A stretch of 64,000 bases of DNA, from IMG/VR virus record IMGVR_UViG_3300001041_000017, positions 1-64,000 of that record, one strand, 5' to 3'. This DNA comes from a virus. This document shows positions 16,991 to 26,720 of the stretch, in pieces. Made by a program: the position numbers and the translations under genes. The notes under the pieces were generated by a model. It saw nothing but the letters and a program-made list of their open reading frames with translations, made no database searches and was not told the origin of the DNA. Numbering within the stretch: the stretch's first letter is position 1; the number at the start of each line of letters is the position of its first letter.

Positions 16991-17290
16991 GTGGCTAAAA
17001 AATATTTAGTTCAATTTATTGGGACAGCACAAACCAGGGCTACCCATAGGTATAAATTCACCAAAGCAAAACCCTTTGATATCGTTTTCGAAGAAGATAT
17101 TGAGTATTACCAAGACAATATCGACTTCCTTATTGTTCAAGAAATAAAAGATGTCTTGGAAGAAGTAGAGGAAGATTTGGATATCGAAGAAGAGGAAGAC
17201 TTAGATATTAAAGACGATGAGGATCTTCCCGACTCCTTAGAGGAAACCGAAGAACAAATTGCTGAAAAAAAGAAAAAAGTTAAAAAGTAA
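16991..17290 (+). CDS. Small protein with acidic tract and basic tail
   Basis: GAAAGGAG RBS; head-tail region. Confidence 0.65.
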   Translation: MAKKYLVQFIGTAQTRATHRYKFTKAKPFDIVFEEDIEYYQDNIDFLIVQEIKDVLEEVEEDLDIEEEEDLDIKDDEDLPDSLEETEEQIAEKKKKVKK

Positions 17291-17303
17291 GGGTGATGTT
17301 TAA

Positions 17304-17903
17304 ATGCCAGAAGATATTCTCTGGATAAGCCCTAAAGATGTCCGTGATAGTACAGAGATTAAGTTAGTTAAGGGTAAAACCGATTCAGTTTTAAATCTTT
17401 GCATAAAAAGAGCTATGGCTAAAATTCAGGCATTCTCTAATGTTAAATTTACTCCCTACGAAGACAGAAAGTATCTTGACGGAAACGATTCTTCAGTTAT
17501 TGAATTACCAGAAAACCTTATTAGTTTTGCTTTAGTGTTAGTTGACGGTGTAAACGTAACAGATTTAATAACGAACAACAATAAAAATATATCATCAATT
17601 AACGATGTTTTTTATTCTGGAACTTCTAATGTGATAGTTGAAGGAATCTGGGGATACGATCCTATTCCTGAAGAATTAAAGATGGGTTTATTTTTATTGA
17701 CTGAATCTTTAGCCTTAGTAAATAATGACATGGACGGTAAAAAAGCCTTAGCCTCACCTTTCAAGATACAGAAGTTTGGTTCATTTCAGTATGAAATGTT
17801 TTCTACTGGTGGGAATAAAAAAACTACTGGAATCCCTGAAGTGGATATGTTGATAAAACCTTTTACCTCTAAAGCAAATGCTATTTTTTGCGAGGTGATA
17901 TAA
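17304..17903 (+). CDS. Head-tail adaptor (gp6/gp15-like)
   Basis: Position; NVIVEGIWGYDPIPEELK; TGIPEVDMLIKPF. Confidence 0.75.
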   Translation: MPEDILWISPKDVRDSTEIKLVKGKTDSVLNLCIKRAMAKIQAFSNVKFTPYEDRKYLDGNDSSVIELPENLISFALVLVDGVNVTDLITNNNKNISSINDVFYSGTSNVIVEGIWGYDPIPEELKMGLFLLTESLALVNNDMDGKKALASPFKIQKFGSFQYEMFSTGGNKKTTGIPEVDMLIKPFTSKANAIFCEVI

Positions 17904-17904
17904 C

Positions 17905-18228
17905 TTGTTTGATACAACAATTTCTGTTCTTAGGAAAAAATCTAAACCAAACATTGATAAAAAGATTGAACAAGTTGAGGATCTAATAGCAAATGAAATT
18001 CCGGCTATGTTTGATAAGCCAAAAAGTTCTTTTAAAAGAACCGATGCTGGAGGTATGAATCAAACGGTCATACCTTTATATACTCAGTATGACGATTCAT
18101 TAGGATTTGTCGAATTATTAATTAACGACATAATCATAAACGAAAAAACAGGAAAGAGATATGTAGTTATTGAGGAACCCTTTGATTGTCGGGGTCATCA
18201 TATCGAAGCATATCTAAAGTCTAATTAA
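17905..18228 (+). CDS. Head closure / stopper protein
   Basis: Position; C-terminal HHIEAYL. Confidence 0.65.
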   Translation: MFDTTISVLRKKSKPNIDKKIEQVEDLIANEIPAMFDKPKSSFKRTDAGGMNQTVIPLYTQYDDSLGFVELLINDIIINEKTGKRYVVIEEPFDCRGHHIEAYLKSN

Positions 18229-18711
18229 ATGAAAATAATTTATAAATGTGACGTTGGTAAGTTAGTAACTGTCGTCCGGCAGCTAAGAAGACAAAAAATA
18301 CTTGAGCTTAGTCATGTTATCAATGTTAGAACAAAAGAGATTCTTGACGAAGCAAGGTTAGAACATAGTGGTTCAGGTATGCCTTTCACAGGTTATTTAG
18401 GAAGTAGTTTAACCCATGAATTCTACGTTGATTCTGGATTAGGAAGAATCATAGGTAAAGTAGGAACAAACGTCAAATACGCCGAACTAAGGCATAGTGG
18501 AAGCCCATCAAGAAAAAGATGGTTCGTTTCTTTCAAAACTGCTCCATTGCTTAAAGCATGGTTTATCAGAAAAGCAGGAGTTTCTAAAAAGGTTGTAGAC
18601 AAATGGAAAGGTGGATGGGTTACAGACTCTCACCATCCTTTCTTTAAAATTGTTTTCGATAGAAAGAAACTACTTATCAAGAGTGATTTAGATAGGGTGA
18701 TGAATTCTTGA
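18229..18711 (+). CDS. HK97 gp10-like neck protein
   Basis: TGYLGSSL, VGTNVKYA, HPFFK. Confidence 0.75.
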   Translation: MKIIYKCDVGKLVTVVRQLRRQKILELSHVINVRTKEILDEARLEHSGSGMPFTGYLGSSLTHEFYVDSGLGRIIGKVGTNVKYAELRHSGSPSRKRWFVSFKTAPLLKAWFIRKAGVSKKVVDKWKGGWVTDSHHPFFKIVFDRKKLLIKSDLDRVMNS

Positions 18712-19193
18712 AGAAAAAATTCTTTGGTAAACAGTTAAGCGAAAAACTCTTAGAAATCATTAGAAATGATTTTACAGAGTTGAAAACTTTAGAACTTGGT
18801 GAATTATCAAAACTCCCCTCTCCTACAGAGTGGGATTCTTTTTTGCCAGGAATAATCCTAATACCTTTAAGAACTAGGTCGGTAACGGCTGATAACGAAT
18901 CTATAGTTGATTCGGTCTACAGCTATACAATGTACTATTTAAAGATGTTTGAAGAGGATTCTAGTCCTTACAATTTTGTATACGAGGATTCAGAAAAAAT
19001 CTCTCAAATAATTCTTGAAAATAAAACATTGGGAGATTTTAAAATACCTGACGGTGGGAGAGTTATTAATTGTTCCTGCGAAAATGTTTTGTACGATAAT
19101 TCGCTTAATTCATATCTAAAGACTTTAGAAGAAGTGAATATTGTTGCAGTAGAGTTTGATCCAAAAATATATTTCAGGACACTAAGAGGTTAG
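18708..19193 (+). CDS. Tail terminator (putative)
   Basis: Position between neck and tail tube genes. Confidence 0.6.
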   Translation: MKKKFFGKQLSEKLLEIIRNDFTELKTLELGELSKLPSPTEWDSFLPGIILIPLRTRSVTADNESIVDSVYSYTMYYLKMFEEDSSPYNFVYEDSEKISQIILENKTLGDFKIPDGGRVINCSCENVLYDNSLNSYLKTLEEVNIVAVEFDPKIYFRTLRG

Positions 19194-19205
19194 GAGGGAA
19201 ATAGA

Positions 19206-19841
19206 ATGTCTGATTTCGAAAGCGTTAAACTTGGCGTTTGTGATGTATTTATAATGCCAAAAAATCAAACTGTTGAAATAAACTTAGGTCTAACTCAGGG
19301 TGGTATAGAATTCACCTATAAGCCTGAATGGTTCGATGTTAAAGCGGATCAGTATGGAAATACCCCAATTGATTCAGTTCTCATTGGTGAGCAGGGATCA
19401 GCGAAAGTTCCGATGCTTGAAAGTACAGTCAAGAAAATGAAAATGGCTATGCCTACATTCACGACTAAACCTGGGTCTACTACTGACAAACCGGGGTCTC
19501 TTCATTTTGGTAGAAAGCCCGGTCTAAGGGCTCAAGATCGATATATGAGATTACGATTACATCCTATTTCAATGGCTGACACTGACTACAGCGAAGATAT
19601 TATAATCTATCGGGCTGTAAATAAGGGAGAGGCAAAACTTGGTTTCACGTTTAATAAAGAAAGAATTATTGAGTGTACCTTTGATGCTTTCATAGATCCT
19701 ACCAAGAAAAATGGAAGTATGTTATTCCAAATTGGGTCAGAAGGATTGAGTGGTACATTCTTGGATCTTTCTACTGCTGCTGAAAATTCTCCAGAGTTTA
19801 CTTCGACTGAAGACTTCGGACAGGAAATAATTGAAGATTAA
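19206..19841 (+). CDS. Major tail tube protein
   Basis: VKLGVCDV, LGLTQGGIEF, VKADQYG.TPID, LRLHP, ERIIECTF. Confidence 0.85.
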   Translation: MSDFESVKLGVCDVFIMPKNQTVEINLGLTQGGIEFTYKPEWFDVKADQYGNTPIDSVLIGEQGSAKVPMLESTVKKMKMAMPTFTTKPGSTTDKPGSLHFGRKPGLRAQDRYMRLRLHPISMADTDYSEDIIIYRAVNKGEAKLGFTFNKERIIECTFDAFIDPTKKNGSMLFQIGSEGLSGTFLDLSTAAENSPEFTSTEDFGQEIIED

Positions 19842-19849
19842 GAAAACAT

Positions 19850-19886
19850 AAGGAATCGGAATAGAGATATTCTGGTTCCTTTTTTT
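19850..19886 (+). terminator. Terminator after the tail tube gene
   Basis: AAGGAATCGGAATA-GAGA-TATTCTGGTTCCTT plus T tract. Confidence 0.75.
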
Positions 19887-19926
19887 ATGAAATTTATGAA
19901 ATATAAATAATAGGAGGTTTTATTTT

Positions 19927-20370
19927 ATGTCTATTGGTGTAAGCAATCCTAAAATTCAGTATGTGGAATTGGACGATGATAAGAAGATCCCGATTAAGAA
20001 ATTAGGGATCAAAAAATATGCTTTGATCTGCGGTTCCCTTAGAAAAATACTTAAAAAACTATCAGAACAGGCAGAAAAAGCTAATCGGATTGAAAGTAAC
20101 TCGAACTTGGTCTTTATTGACCTAATAATTGAGTTTATTGAGGAAAATACAGATCTGGTTATTGAGTTTGTTATGGATGCTGTTCCCGTCCTTGAGATTA
20201 ACGACTTTGACGATCTTATAGGACTTTATGAATTGGTCAACATTGTTATAGCGGTTATAGAGGTAAACAACCTATTCGCTATTGGTGAGAAGGTAAAAAA
20301 GTACCTGCCGGAACAGATGGAAGTACCGGAGGAAATGCTGAGAGACCTTCTGAAGAATCAGAAAAAGTAG
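19927..20370 (+). CDS. Tail assembly chaperone G
   Basis: Between tube and tape measure genes; contains the slippery site. Confidence 0.8.
   Translation: MSIGVSNPKIQYVELDDDKKIPIKKLGIKKYALICGSLRKILKKLSEQAEKANRIESNSNLVFIDLIIEFIEENTDLVIEFVMDAVPVLEINDFDDLIGLYELVNIVIAVIEVNNLFAIGEKVKKYLPEQMEVPEEMLRDLLKNQKK
20295..20301 (+). other. -1 programmed frameshift site A AAA AAG
   Basis: The -1 frame is open from the site into ORF 20409-20744, giving the G-T fusion 19927-20744. Confidence 0.85.
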
Positions 20371-20408
20371 AAATTGATCCTAATTGGTATATAAAACTTG
20401 TAGGATTC

Positions 20409-20744
20409 ATGGGTAGAGAGTACAACTATTCCCCAGATACAGTTGCAGAATTGTATCCTGGGGAAATTTTATGTTTGGTTAATGAGGCCAAACAAAGGAA
20501 AGAAGATGAGTTTAAATTAGAGGGAACCAAAAAGATAATAGAATATTTGTCATTAATAAATATTCAGCATGGAGATCCAGAAGAAGTTAGGAGAGAATTA
20601 TTAAAATCTCTGGAATCAGAGAGTCCATACTATAAGAAAGAAGAAAGAGATGAAGAAGGTTTTCAAAGATTAAAAGAAATGCAAGAAAGAATAAAAGAAA
20701 CAAGTATAAGAGGAAGAGTAAATATAAAAATGGGTGGTGAATAG
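20409..20744 (+). CDS. Tail chaperone T portion (expressed as the frameshift fusion)
   Basis: In -1 frame relative to G; no clear RBS of its own. Confidence 0.75.
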   Translation: MGREYNYSPDTVAELYPGEILCLVNEAKQRKEDEFKLEGTKKIIEYLSLINIQHGDPEEVRRELLKSLESESPYYKKEERDEEGFQRLKEMQERIKETSIRGRVNIKMGGE

Positions 20745-23700
20745 CTTGCCTACAAATTACCTCTTACAAACAGAAGTAATAGCAGATGTAAATAATTTTA
20801 ATACTGGTATGAGTCAGGCAGAAAAACAATTAATGTCTTTAGGTGCTGCTGGAATGGCACTTAATACGGTATTTACTAATTTACAAAGATCTATTTCAGC
20901 GTTTAACGCTAGTTTAAAGAATCTAAATAGTACAAGTTTCACAAACATACGAAGCAATTTAAAAGCATTACAGACTTTAGGTAGGATTAATATACAAACA
21001 AAAGTAGATCATTCTGGGGTAGACCAAGTTATTACAAAACTTAAATCTGCTCATATGCTTAGAAATATCAATATTCAAACAAAAGTATATATGATTCCAG
21101 TAAACAATCTCATCACAAAATTAAAAACTGCCCATGCTTTAAATGATATAAGAATTAAAACTCAATCTGATAATAAAGGTGTTAATGATGTTGTAAAAAA
21201 ATTAGATTCAATAAAAATATTATTAACCCATCCTATGGAATTGAGAATAAAAGCAGAATTAACACCACTTAATTCTGTTGTAACAAAATTGATGGTTATT
21301 AAGAAATTATTAGAAGTTCCAATGAATCTTAGACTAAATGGAAGTCAGGCAAATTCAGTTTTCGCAAATATAAGAAGTTTATTCGCTGGAATGAGAGGAA
21401 TAAGAATTGAGGCTGATAATTCAAGAATTGCAGAAACTTTAAGAGTTCTTAATCGAATCATAATAGCAATAAATAAAATAAATGGTTCAAGGATTAGGGT
21501 AGATATTAACGGAAATCCATTAGGAGATTTAAGAAGAAGAACGGATCATGCAACAGACGGAATTGAGGCTTTAAGAAATTCAGTCAGAAATTTAAAGAAA
21601 GATATGTATTTACTTGCCGGAGTAGGTTATATTTTCACTGGTGGGTGGATTTCTGAAAAACTATGGGAGGCTTTTGTTAAGCCTAATATGGAACTAGAAA
21701 AGATGAAAATATCTTTTGAAGTTCTTTTAAAGGATAAAGAAAAAGCAAAAACTTTGATAGATTGGACCATAAAAGAAGCTGCGGTAAGTCCCTTTGAATC
21801 AAGAGGAATGCAGGACTTCGCTATGAAGATGTTAGGAGCTAATTTAGATCCAATTAAACATTATCAGGTATTAAAAGATTTAGGAGCTTCACCTTCCCCA
21901 TTAGGTTTGACTTCAGACCAGAACCTATCAGAGTTAGGTAGAATTATAGGATTAGCCTCCGGTGGTCAAATAGGTTTAGCTATGGACTCTATGGCATCCT
22001 TCTTTCCGGTAATAAGTCGTGCATCTATGAAACAATCGGCTGGATCTAAATTTGATAGCCAGAATCAGTATATGGGAGACTTTAAAGATTGGTTGGAAGA
22101 TTTAAAAATAACTGTGGCAGATAGATTAGGTGGAATGTCAGAAAGAATAGGTAAAGAGACAGTATCGGGCAGATTAAGTACATTATCTGATATATATAAT
22201 ATTAGAAAGAAAGATATTGGGGATGTTAAATTATATGGATTAGTTTCATATGAAATAGAAAAATTAACAAAACTACTTTTAAGAGTTAAACCTGAAAATG
22301 TTGAAGCTATTGGTAAAGCTTTAGCCGACATGGTCAAGGTGGGATTAGAAGTTGTAAAAGTTTTCGGAGCGATTGTCTATTTATTTCTAATCAATTGGCA
22401 GACAATAAGATTTCCAATAGTAACAGCTACTTTTGCTTTAGTCGGTTTTTATACAGCCTCATTGTTAGTAGCTACTTTTAGGCCAATATTTGTTTTCCTA
22501 AGAATGTTGTACGCTGGATTTATGTCTTTAATAATAATTCAAAGGGCTAGATTTTGGTTAGTCTCATTTATGCTTACGGTAAATGGAACAGGACCTATTG
22601 CAGTATTATCGGCATTAATTCGTAGACTAGCTTTAGCTTTTGCATTCTTAAGATCTCAAATAGTAGCTCAAGGTTTATTAACCTTTTTAAGATCTTTTGG
22701 AAGGTTAGCCTTATCTTTATTGAATCCTATAAAATTACTAACATTAGGAGTTAAAGGTTTAGGGGCAGCATTTTCTTTTTTAACAACAGCTACAGGTCTA
22801 AGACTTATAATAATGTTGGCAGCAATAGCTATAGGTATTGCAGGGATGACAGGGATGCTTGACGGAATATTTGAAAAGTACCCAAGTTTGAAGGAATTCT
22901 TTGGTTTTAGTCCAGCATTTGCTAGTGATTTTGATTATGATGAAGCAGTTAAAAAAGCATTATCGGAACAAGATGAAGCTCTAAAGGGAAGTGACTTAAC
23001 AAGTATTCCTGGATACCAAGAAAATGATATTACGGCAATAGCTTTAGCTATTAGGACAACGAAAGAAAAATATGACGACATAAGAAATAGAATAATGAGT
23101 GAAAGAGACAGAGATTTAGAGAACTTAAAACAAAAAGATCCAGATGCAGAACAATCAGACGAGTATAAAAAAATTCAGCAAGAAGCTGACAAAAAACTTT
23201 TAGAAATAAACAAGAAACTTATAGACGAATTAAATGTTATTGGAGATAAAAAGACATCCGATGAGGATAGAAATAAATTATTGGCAGCCATAGCAGAAAC
23301 TCAAAAAGAATCAGCAGAATATTTGAATGACATAAAATATAACACGATGCAAAATCAATATTCAGCTACGAAACAGCATGGAGATCTAGTAACATCCTTA
23401 GCTTCTGGTAAAAAAGACGTAGGGTTATTACAATACCTTGTCCAAAATCCTTTCGGATTACGAGAAGAATCTCCAATGTATAGGCAATTAAGTAAAAATT
23501 ATAGTATGGATATTATTGAATCGTTGAAGGATCAATTTAAAAGATTGACGGAGCAAAGAAATAAATTTGTAGATCAAGGTTATGGAGAAGGTAGCGATCA
23601 ATTAATGCAAATTGATTTAGATCTTTTAAACGTCCAAAAAGAAGCTTTAGGACATTTGGATGAAATTAAAAAATCACTAAATCAAGGATCATTCAATCTT

Positions 23701-23877
23701 CCTTCAGGTATAAGTCCAATAACTTTGTACGATTACCATTCTGGCAAACCTGGTGGAACTAGATCTATGACTTTTAAAGATTCTAAGTTTACCGTACAAG
23801 TTAAGCAATTAGCTGATATAGGTAATTCTTCATTTGAGGATGAGATTTCTAGGGCTGTAGCCCGATGGAGTGGATAA
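20734..23877 (+). CDS. Tape measure protein
   Basis: 1047 aa; AAVSPFE motif; hydrophobic central part; ~27-aa N-terminal repeats. Confidence 0.9.
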   Translation: MVNSLPTNYLLQTEVIADVNNFNTGMSQAEKQLMSLGAAGMALNTVFTNLQRSISAFNASLKNLNSTSFTNIRSNLKALQTLGRINIQTKVDHSGVDQVITKLKSAHMLRNINIQTKVYMIPVNNLITKLKTAHALNDIRIKTQSDNKGVNDVVKKLDSIKILLTHPMELRIKAELTPLNSVVTKLMVIKKLLEVPMNLRLNGSQANSVFANIRSLFAGMRGIRIEADNSRIAETLRVLNRIIIAINKINGSRIRVDINGNPLGDLRRRTDHATDGIEALRNSVRNLKKDMYLLAGVGYIFTGGWISEKLWEAFVKPNMELEKMKISFEVLLKDKEKAKTLIDWTIKEAAVSPFESRGMQDFAMKMLGANLDPIKHYQVLKDLGASPSPLGLTSDQNLSELGRIIGLASGGQIGLAMDSMASFFPVISRASMKQSAGSKFDSQNQYMGDFKDWLEDLKITVADRLGGMSERIGKETVSGRLSTLSDIYNIRKKDIGDVKLYGLVSYEIEKLTKLLLRVKPENVEAIGKALADMVKVGLEVVKVFGAIVYLFLINWQTIRFPIVTATFALVGFYTASLLVATFRPIFVFLRMLYAGFMSLIIIQRARFWLVSFMLTVNGTGPIAVLSALIRRLALAFAFLRSQIVAQGLLTFLRSFGRLALSLLNPIKLLTLGVKGLGAAFSFLTTATGLRLIIMLAAIAIGIAGMTGMLDGIFEKYPSLKEFFGFSPAFASDFDYDEAVKKALSEQDEALKGSDLTSIPGYQENDITAIALAIRTTKEKYDDIRNRIMSERDRDLENLKQKDPDAEQSDEYKKIQQEADKKLLEINKKLIDELNVIGDKKTSDEDRNKLLAAIAETQKESAEYLNDIKYNTMQNQYSATKQHGDLVTSLASGKKDVGLLQYLVQNPFGLREESPMYRQLSKNYSMDIIESLKDQFKRLTEQRNKFVDQGYGEGSDQLMQIDLDLLNVQKEALGHLDEIKKSLNQGSFNLPSGISPITLYDYHSGKPGGTRSMTFKDSKFTVQVKQLADIGNSSFEDEISRAVARWSG

Positions 23878-23880
23878 TAA

Positions 23881-25173
23881 ATGTCTTTTACAGACTGTTT
23901 TAAATTATACAGAATAGATGATACATCTCCAACATATTCTGAAAACTTTGATTATGAATCAGCTAAATTTGGAGATCAGAATCAAAATAATTTCATAGCA
24001 AATATGGGACATGGAACATTTTTTAAAGTAATAAAAGATGGCTATTTAACACAGGCCAAAGCTATTCTTAACTGTATATCGCAGGGAGGATACTTTAAAT
24101 GTCTAGTTAATGTATACAAAACAGACGGTACTTCCTTAGAATATATTTCTTCTGCCGAAGCTATAAGATCAGTTACATCACCAGGAAAAGCGGATTTATG
24201 GATAAGTTTCGATAACCTTTATTTGTTGGAAGGAACTTATTATATAGCACTCTGGCCGGATGTCTCTACCTCCCCAGCAAACGGTTGGCAGATTTTAGCT
24301 GCAACAGGAAGTGTTGAAGAAACAGAATATATAGAAAAACCAGAAACATTAATCGGTGGATTTAATGGTAGTGGAATTTCTCAATCTGGAGCATACATTA
24401 CAGAATATTTTGATCATTATTGTATTGTAGAAATACTTATGGGAAATATAACGGCTGGCTCATCCTCTTCTTCTGAAGACTGGAATATTGTCACAGGTTC
24501 TTCTTGGGAAACGGGAGTTCCTTGGAGTATTCTAAAAAGTAAAGAAAAAGAAATAGGATCTAGATGTGTTTATACGCAGGAAAAAACATTTAACAAACCT
24601 GGAGTTGTTAAATTTACAAGAAGAATTTTTGTTAATTTAAAAGAAACAAATAATCAAAAAAGTAAACTTAGTTTTTTCATAGATGGAATATTAAAAGTAT
24701 CATGGAAAGGAATTCACCCTTGGGAATTGTTTGATACCTATTTTATATTTCCTGCCGGAGAACATACTTTTACTTGGATTTTTGAAATAGAAGAAGAGGG
24801 GTCTTACGCAGAACTTGGATTAATAGAGTATTATAAGTTTCCCCCATTGAATGATATAGAAATAATGGAGTATAAACCTGGAAGACCAGAAATAGTTATG
24901 GCTGAGACTTCGGTTATAGACGGTTTTTCTGGGTGGCAACGGGGAGCATATAAAGGTACTGTTTTCAGTATGAAATTATACATATATGAAAACGATGCTT
25001 ATTTGGACTTTATAAAAAATCTGGACAAGGCTTATATATGGGTAGATGAATTATGTATCCCATATGTAGGCGTTTTCGTTCTGGAAGATGATATAAGTAA
25101 AATTGGGGCTAACTGTGCTTATATTGTCTCTTGCAAGCTACACTGTCCTCAAATGGCAGGTGTAGGAGCATGA
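23881..25173 (+). CDS. Distal tail (Dit-like) protein with inserted beta-sandwich domains
   Basis: Position after tape measure; FPAGEHTFTW-type jelly-roll strand. Confidence 0.55.
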   Translation: MSFTDCFKLYRIDDTSPTYSENFDYESAKFGDQNQNNFIANMGHGTFFKVIKDGYLTQAKAILNCISQGGYFKCLVNVYKTDGTSLEYISSAEAIRSVTSPGKADLWISFDNLYLLEGTYYIALWPDVSTSPANGWQILAATGSVEETEYIEKPETLIGGFNGSGISQSGAYITEYFDHYCIVEILMGNITAGSSSSSEDWNIVTGSSWETGVPWSILKSKEKEIGSRCVYTQEKTFNKPGVVKFTRRIFVNLKETNNQKSKLSFFIDGILKVSWKGIHPWELFDTYFIFPAGEHTFTWIFEIEEEGSYAELGLIEYYKFPPLNDIEIMEYKPGRPEIVMAETSVIDGFSGWQRGAYKGTVFSMKLYIYENDAYLDFIKNLDKAYIWVDELCIPYVGVFVLEDDISKIGANCAYIVSCKLHCPQMAGVGA

Positions 25174-26708
25174 TTATACAGCCATTCACTTCTAAAAGTA
25201 ATCTTGATTATCTCCAGTCTAAATTAGCGATTGGAGATAAAAAACCAAGATGTATTGTAAAGTTTTTTTATACAGATAGTAGTGGTATTTATACTGGTCT
25301 AATTTTTGAAAAAACTGTTTCTGTAGATATAGATCAAAAGATAGATACTCCATGTTCTGAAGCAACAATAAAGATAGATAATCCTATGGGTAGTTATTCT
25401 CCATTTTATGATGCAGCTAAATTTCCAGAAATAAATCTTCAACCATTTAATTTTAAGAATTTGTTTCTACCAAATACAAAAGTAGAAATTTGGTTAGGTT
25501 ACGGAAACAATATAAAGAAAAGATTCACTGGTTTAATAGATAAAGTCAGTTTTGCTGGATTTCCTAACACAATGACTCTTAGAGTTTTAAGTATGTATAA
25601 AATAATTCAGGAACATATACTAGAACCCCCTGGGGGTTCCTATACTTATCATTGGTGGTCTGCCGGAAGTATAATGGGAGACTTAATTGATAGGTGTACC
25701 GGACTTCCTGTTATGTTTGAAGAGGTTATGATTTGGGACGGTTCCAGGGGAGATTATGTTCCATATACAATAGAGAGTGTAGAATTTAAGTATGGAGAGT
25801 TTTTGAGTGATTCTGTTTCTAGCATAGCAAAAACTCTGAATCATAGAATTGGAGATAATGCTGAAGGTGTTATTTATTTCAAAGAAGATATTTACGATGC
25901 TACTTGGCCGGAAGATCACCTATATACAGACTGGGTAGGTTTAAAAGAATTAAGTATGGATATAGATGATCAAAAAATAAGAACTCATGTTATGGTTTTT
26001 GGTGGTAGCGGATTTAATCTTTTTAGAAATGATTATTTATTTAATGAAATAGCAAAAGGGAGAAGAAAAGTATCTCAAATTCCTCTTTGGTGGGGAGATA
26101 CAAGAGAAAAAAGAGAAGTAGCTGCAAGGAAATTTTTTAGAGATATTTTAAGAAAATTCAAAACAGGTAGTTTTGTTTCTACAGGAAACCCTAATATAAA
26201 GATAGCCGACTTAATACGTCTGAGAAATGTAGGAACCGGTATAAATTCTAAGTATAGGGTTGTTGGAATAAAGACATCTTTCAATACTTCTGGGGTCTAT
26301 TTAGACAATATAGAATACGAATCATGTCAAAATCTATCTTATGTTGTTGAGGAAAGAAGTGTTGTTATTCCAAAAAAACCAGTTGAAGAAACTTTCTTTT
26401 TTGAGTCTTTTGATACTTACAAAACAACATTAAATCCTGGTTTTTATAAAACTTTTCAATCAGAATTAAATCCTTTCCCTTTTGGTATCCAACATAATGA
26501 AGCGGAAGGTTGGGGTGTAGCGATTAGTAATGCAAATGATCCAATACCTATAACCCCAGACAATGTAGAGGTTCCTTCTGACGTTCCTGAAAAACCTCTA
26601 AATGAAGAACCTCATCCAGAAATCATAGAAGTATGGTCTGACGGAATTTTAATGGAAAAAAGATTATCAGAACCACCCTATACTATTTTATATAAAAAAC
26701 CTTCCTAA
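25170..26708 (+). CDS. Baseplate hub / Tal-like protein (start likely ATG 25170)
   Basis: ATIKIDNP.G.YSP, KVEIWLGYG..RFTGLIDKV, GNPNIKIAD. Confidence 0.75.
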   Translation: MIIQPFTSKSNLDYLQSKLAIGDKKPRCIVKFFYTDSSGIYTGLIFEKTVSVDIDQKIDTPCSEATIKIDNPMGSYSPFYDAAKFPEINLQPFNFKNLFLPNTKVEIWLGYGNNIKKRFTGLIDKVSFAGFPNTMTLRVLSMYKIIQEHILEPPGGSYTYHWWSAGSIMGDLIDRCTGLPVMFEEVMIWDGSRGDYVPYTIESVEFKYGEFLSDSVSSIAKTLNHRIGDNAEGVIYFKEDIYDATWPEDHLYTDWVGLKELSMDIDDQKIRTHVMVFGGSGFNLFRNDYLFNEIAKGRRKVSQIPLWWGDTREKREVAARKFFRDILRKFKTGSFVSTGNPNIKIADLIRLRNVGTGINSKYRVVGIKTSFNTSGVYLDNIEYESCQNLSYVVEERSVVIPKKPVEETFFFESFDTYKTTLNPGFYKTFQSELNPFPFGIQHNEAEGWGVAISNANDPIPITPDNVEVPSDVPEKPLNEEPHPEIIEVWSDGILMEKRLSEPPYTILYKKPS

Positions 26709-26720
26709 AGAGGTGAGAAT

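Noticed and set aside
19206-19841. Contractile tail, despite the PBSX-like head genes
   Set aside because: No sheath or baseplate J-like gene was recognised. The tube, G/GT chaperone and tape measure order is siphovirus-like.
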